A DNA stretch of 63,514 nt, filler included, from Octopus bimaculoides (lineage: Eukaryota), in NCBI RefSeq assembly GCF_001194135.2. It is 5 parts of 4 records of this genome, joined end to end, with 100 filler letters (N's around TTAATTAATTAA, not from the genome) between each part and the next. Parts side by side here need not be neighbours in the genome. Positions count along the whole stretch, not along the records: positions 62,288 to 63,514 come from NC_069004.1; 4 more parts are not named here. One strand, written 5' to 3'. Made by a program: the position numbers and the translations under genes. A model generated the notes under the pieces. It saw only the letters and a list, made by a program, of their open reading frames with translations, made no database searches and was not told the origin of the DNA. This document shows, piece after piece, positions 63,466-63,514 of the stretch (position 1 is its first letter; each line of letters opens with the position of its first letter).

Positions 63466-63514
<49 letters not shown>
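63429..63514. repeat. (GA)n microsatellite
   Basis: Directly visible. Confidence 0.95.

Overview
AT-rich, gappy eukaryotic genomic DNA with many N runs, very dense microsatellites and recurring tRNA-derived SINEs. The repeat style suggests a coleoid cephalopod, probably Octopus (inference). No intact protein-coding gene is visible; most ORF-track entries are microsatellite or N-gap artefacts. The window is mostly decayed transposable elements: several RTE LINE pieces (one near full length, one 3' end with three C2H2 fingers), a 5'-truncated R4/Dong-like restriction-endonuclease (RLE) retrotransposon inside a (TACA)n tract, Penelope-like element (PLE) fragments, and Chapaev3-like, hAT, Tc1, probable Helitron and LTR remnants. 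The strongest unexplained signal is an apparently intact type I hammerhead ribozyme at 41012-41097, with a core-mutated sister copy at 5296-5381 attached to a PLE endonuclease tail. A second theme is retroelements that may create and target microsatellites. A few possible phase-1 exons of a host membrane-protein gene or pseudogene are reported at low confidence. All calls come from reading and motif recall; no database searches were run.
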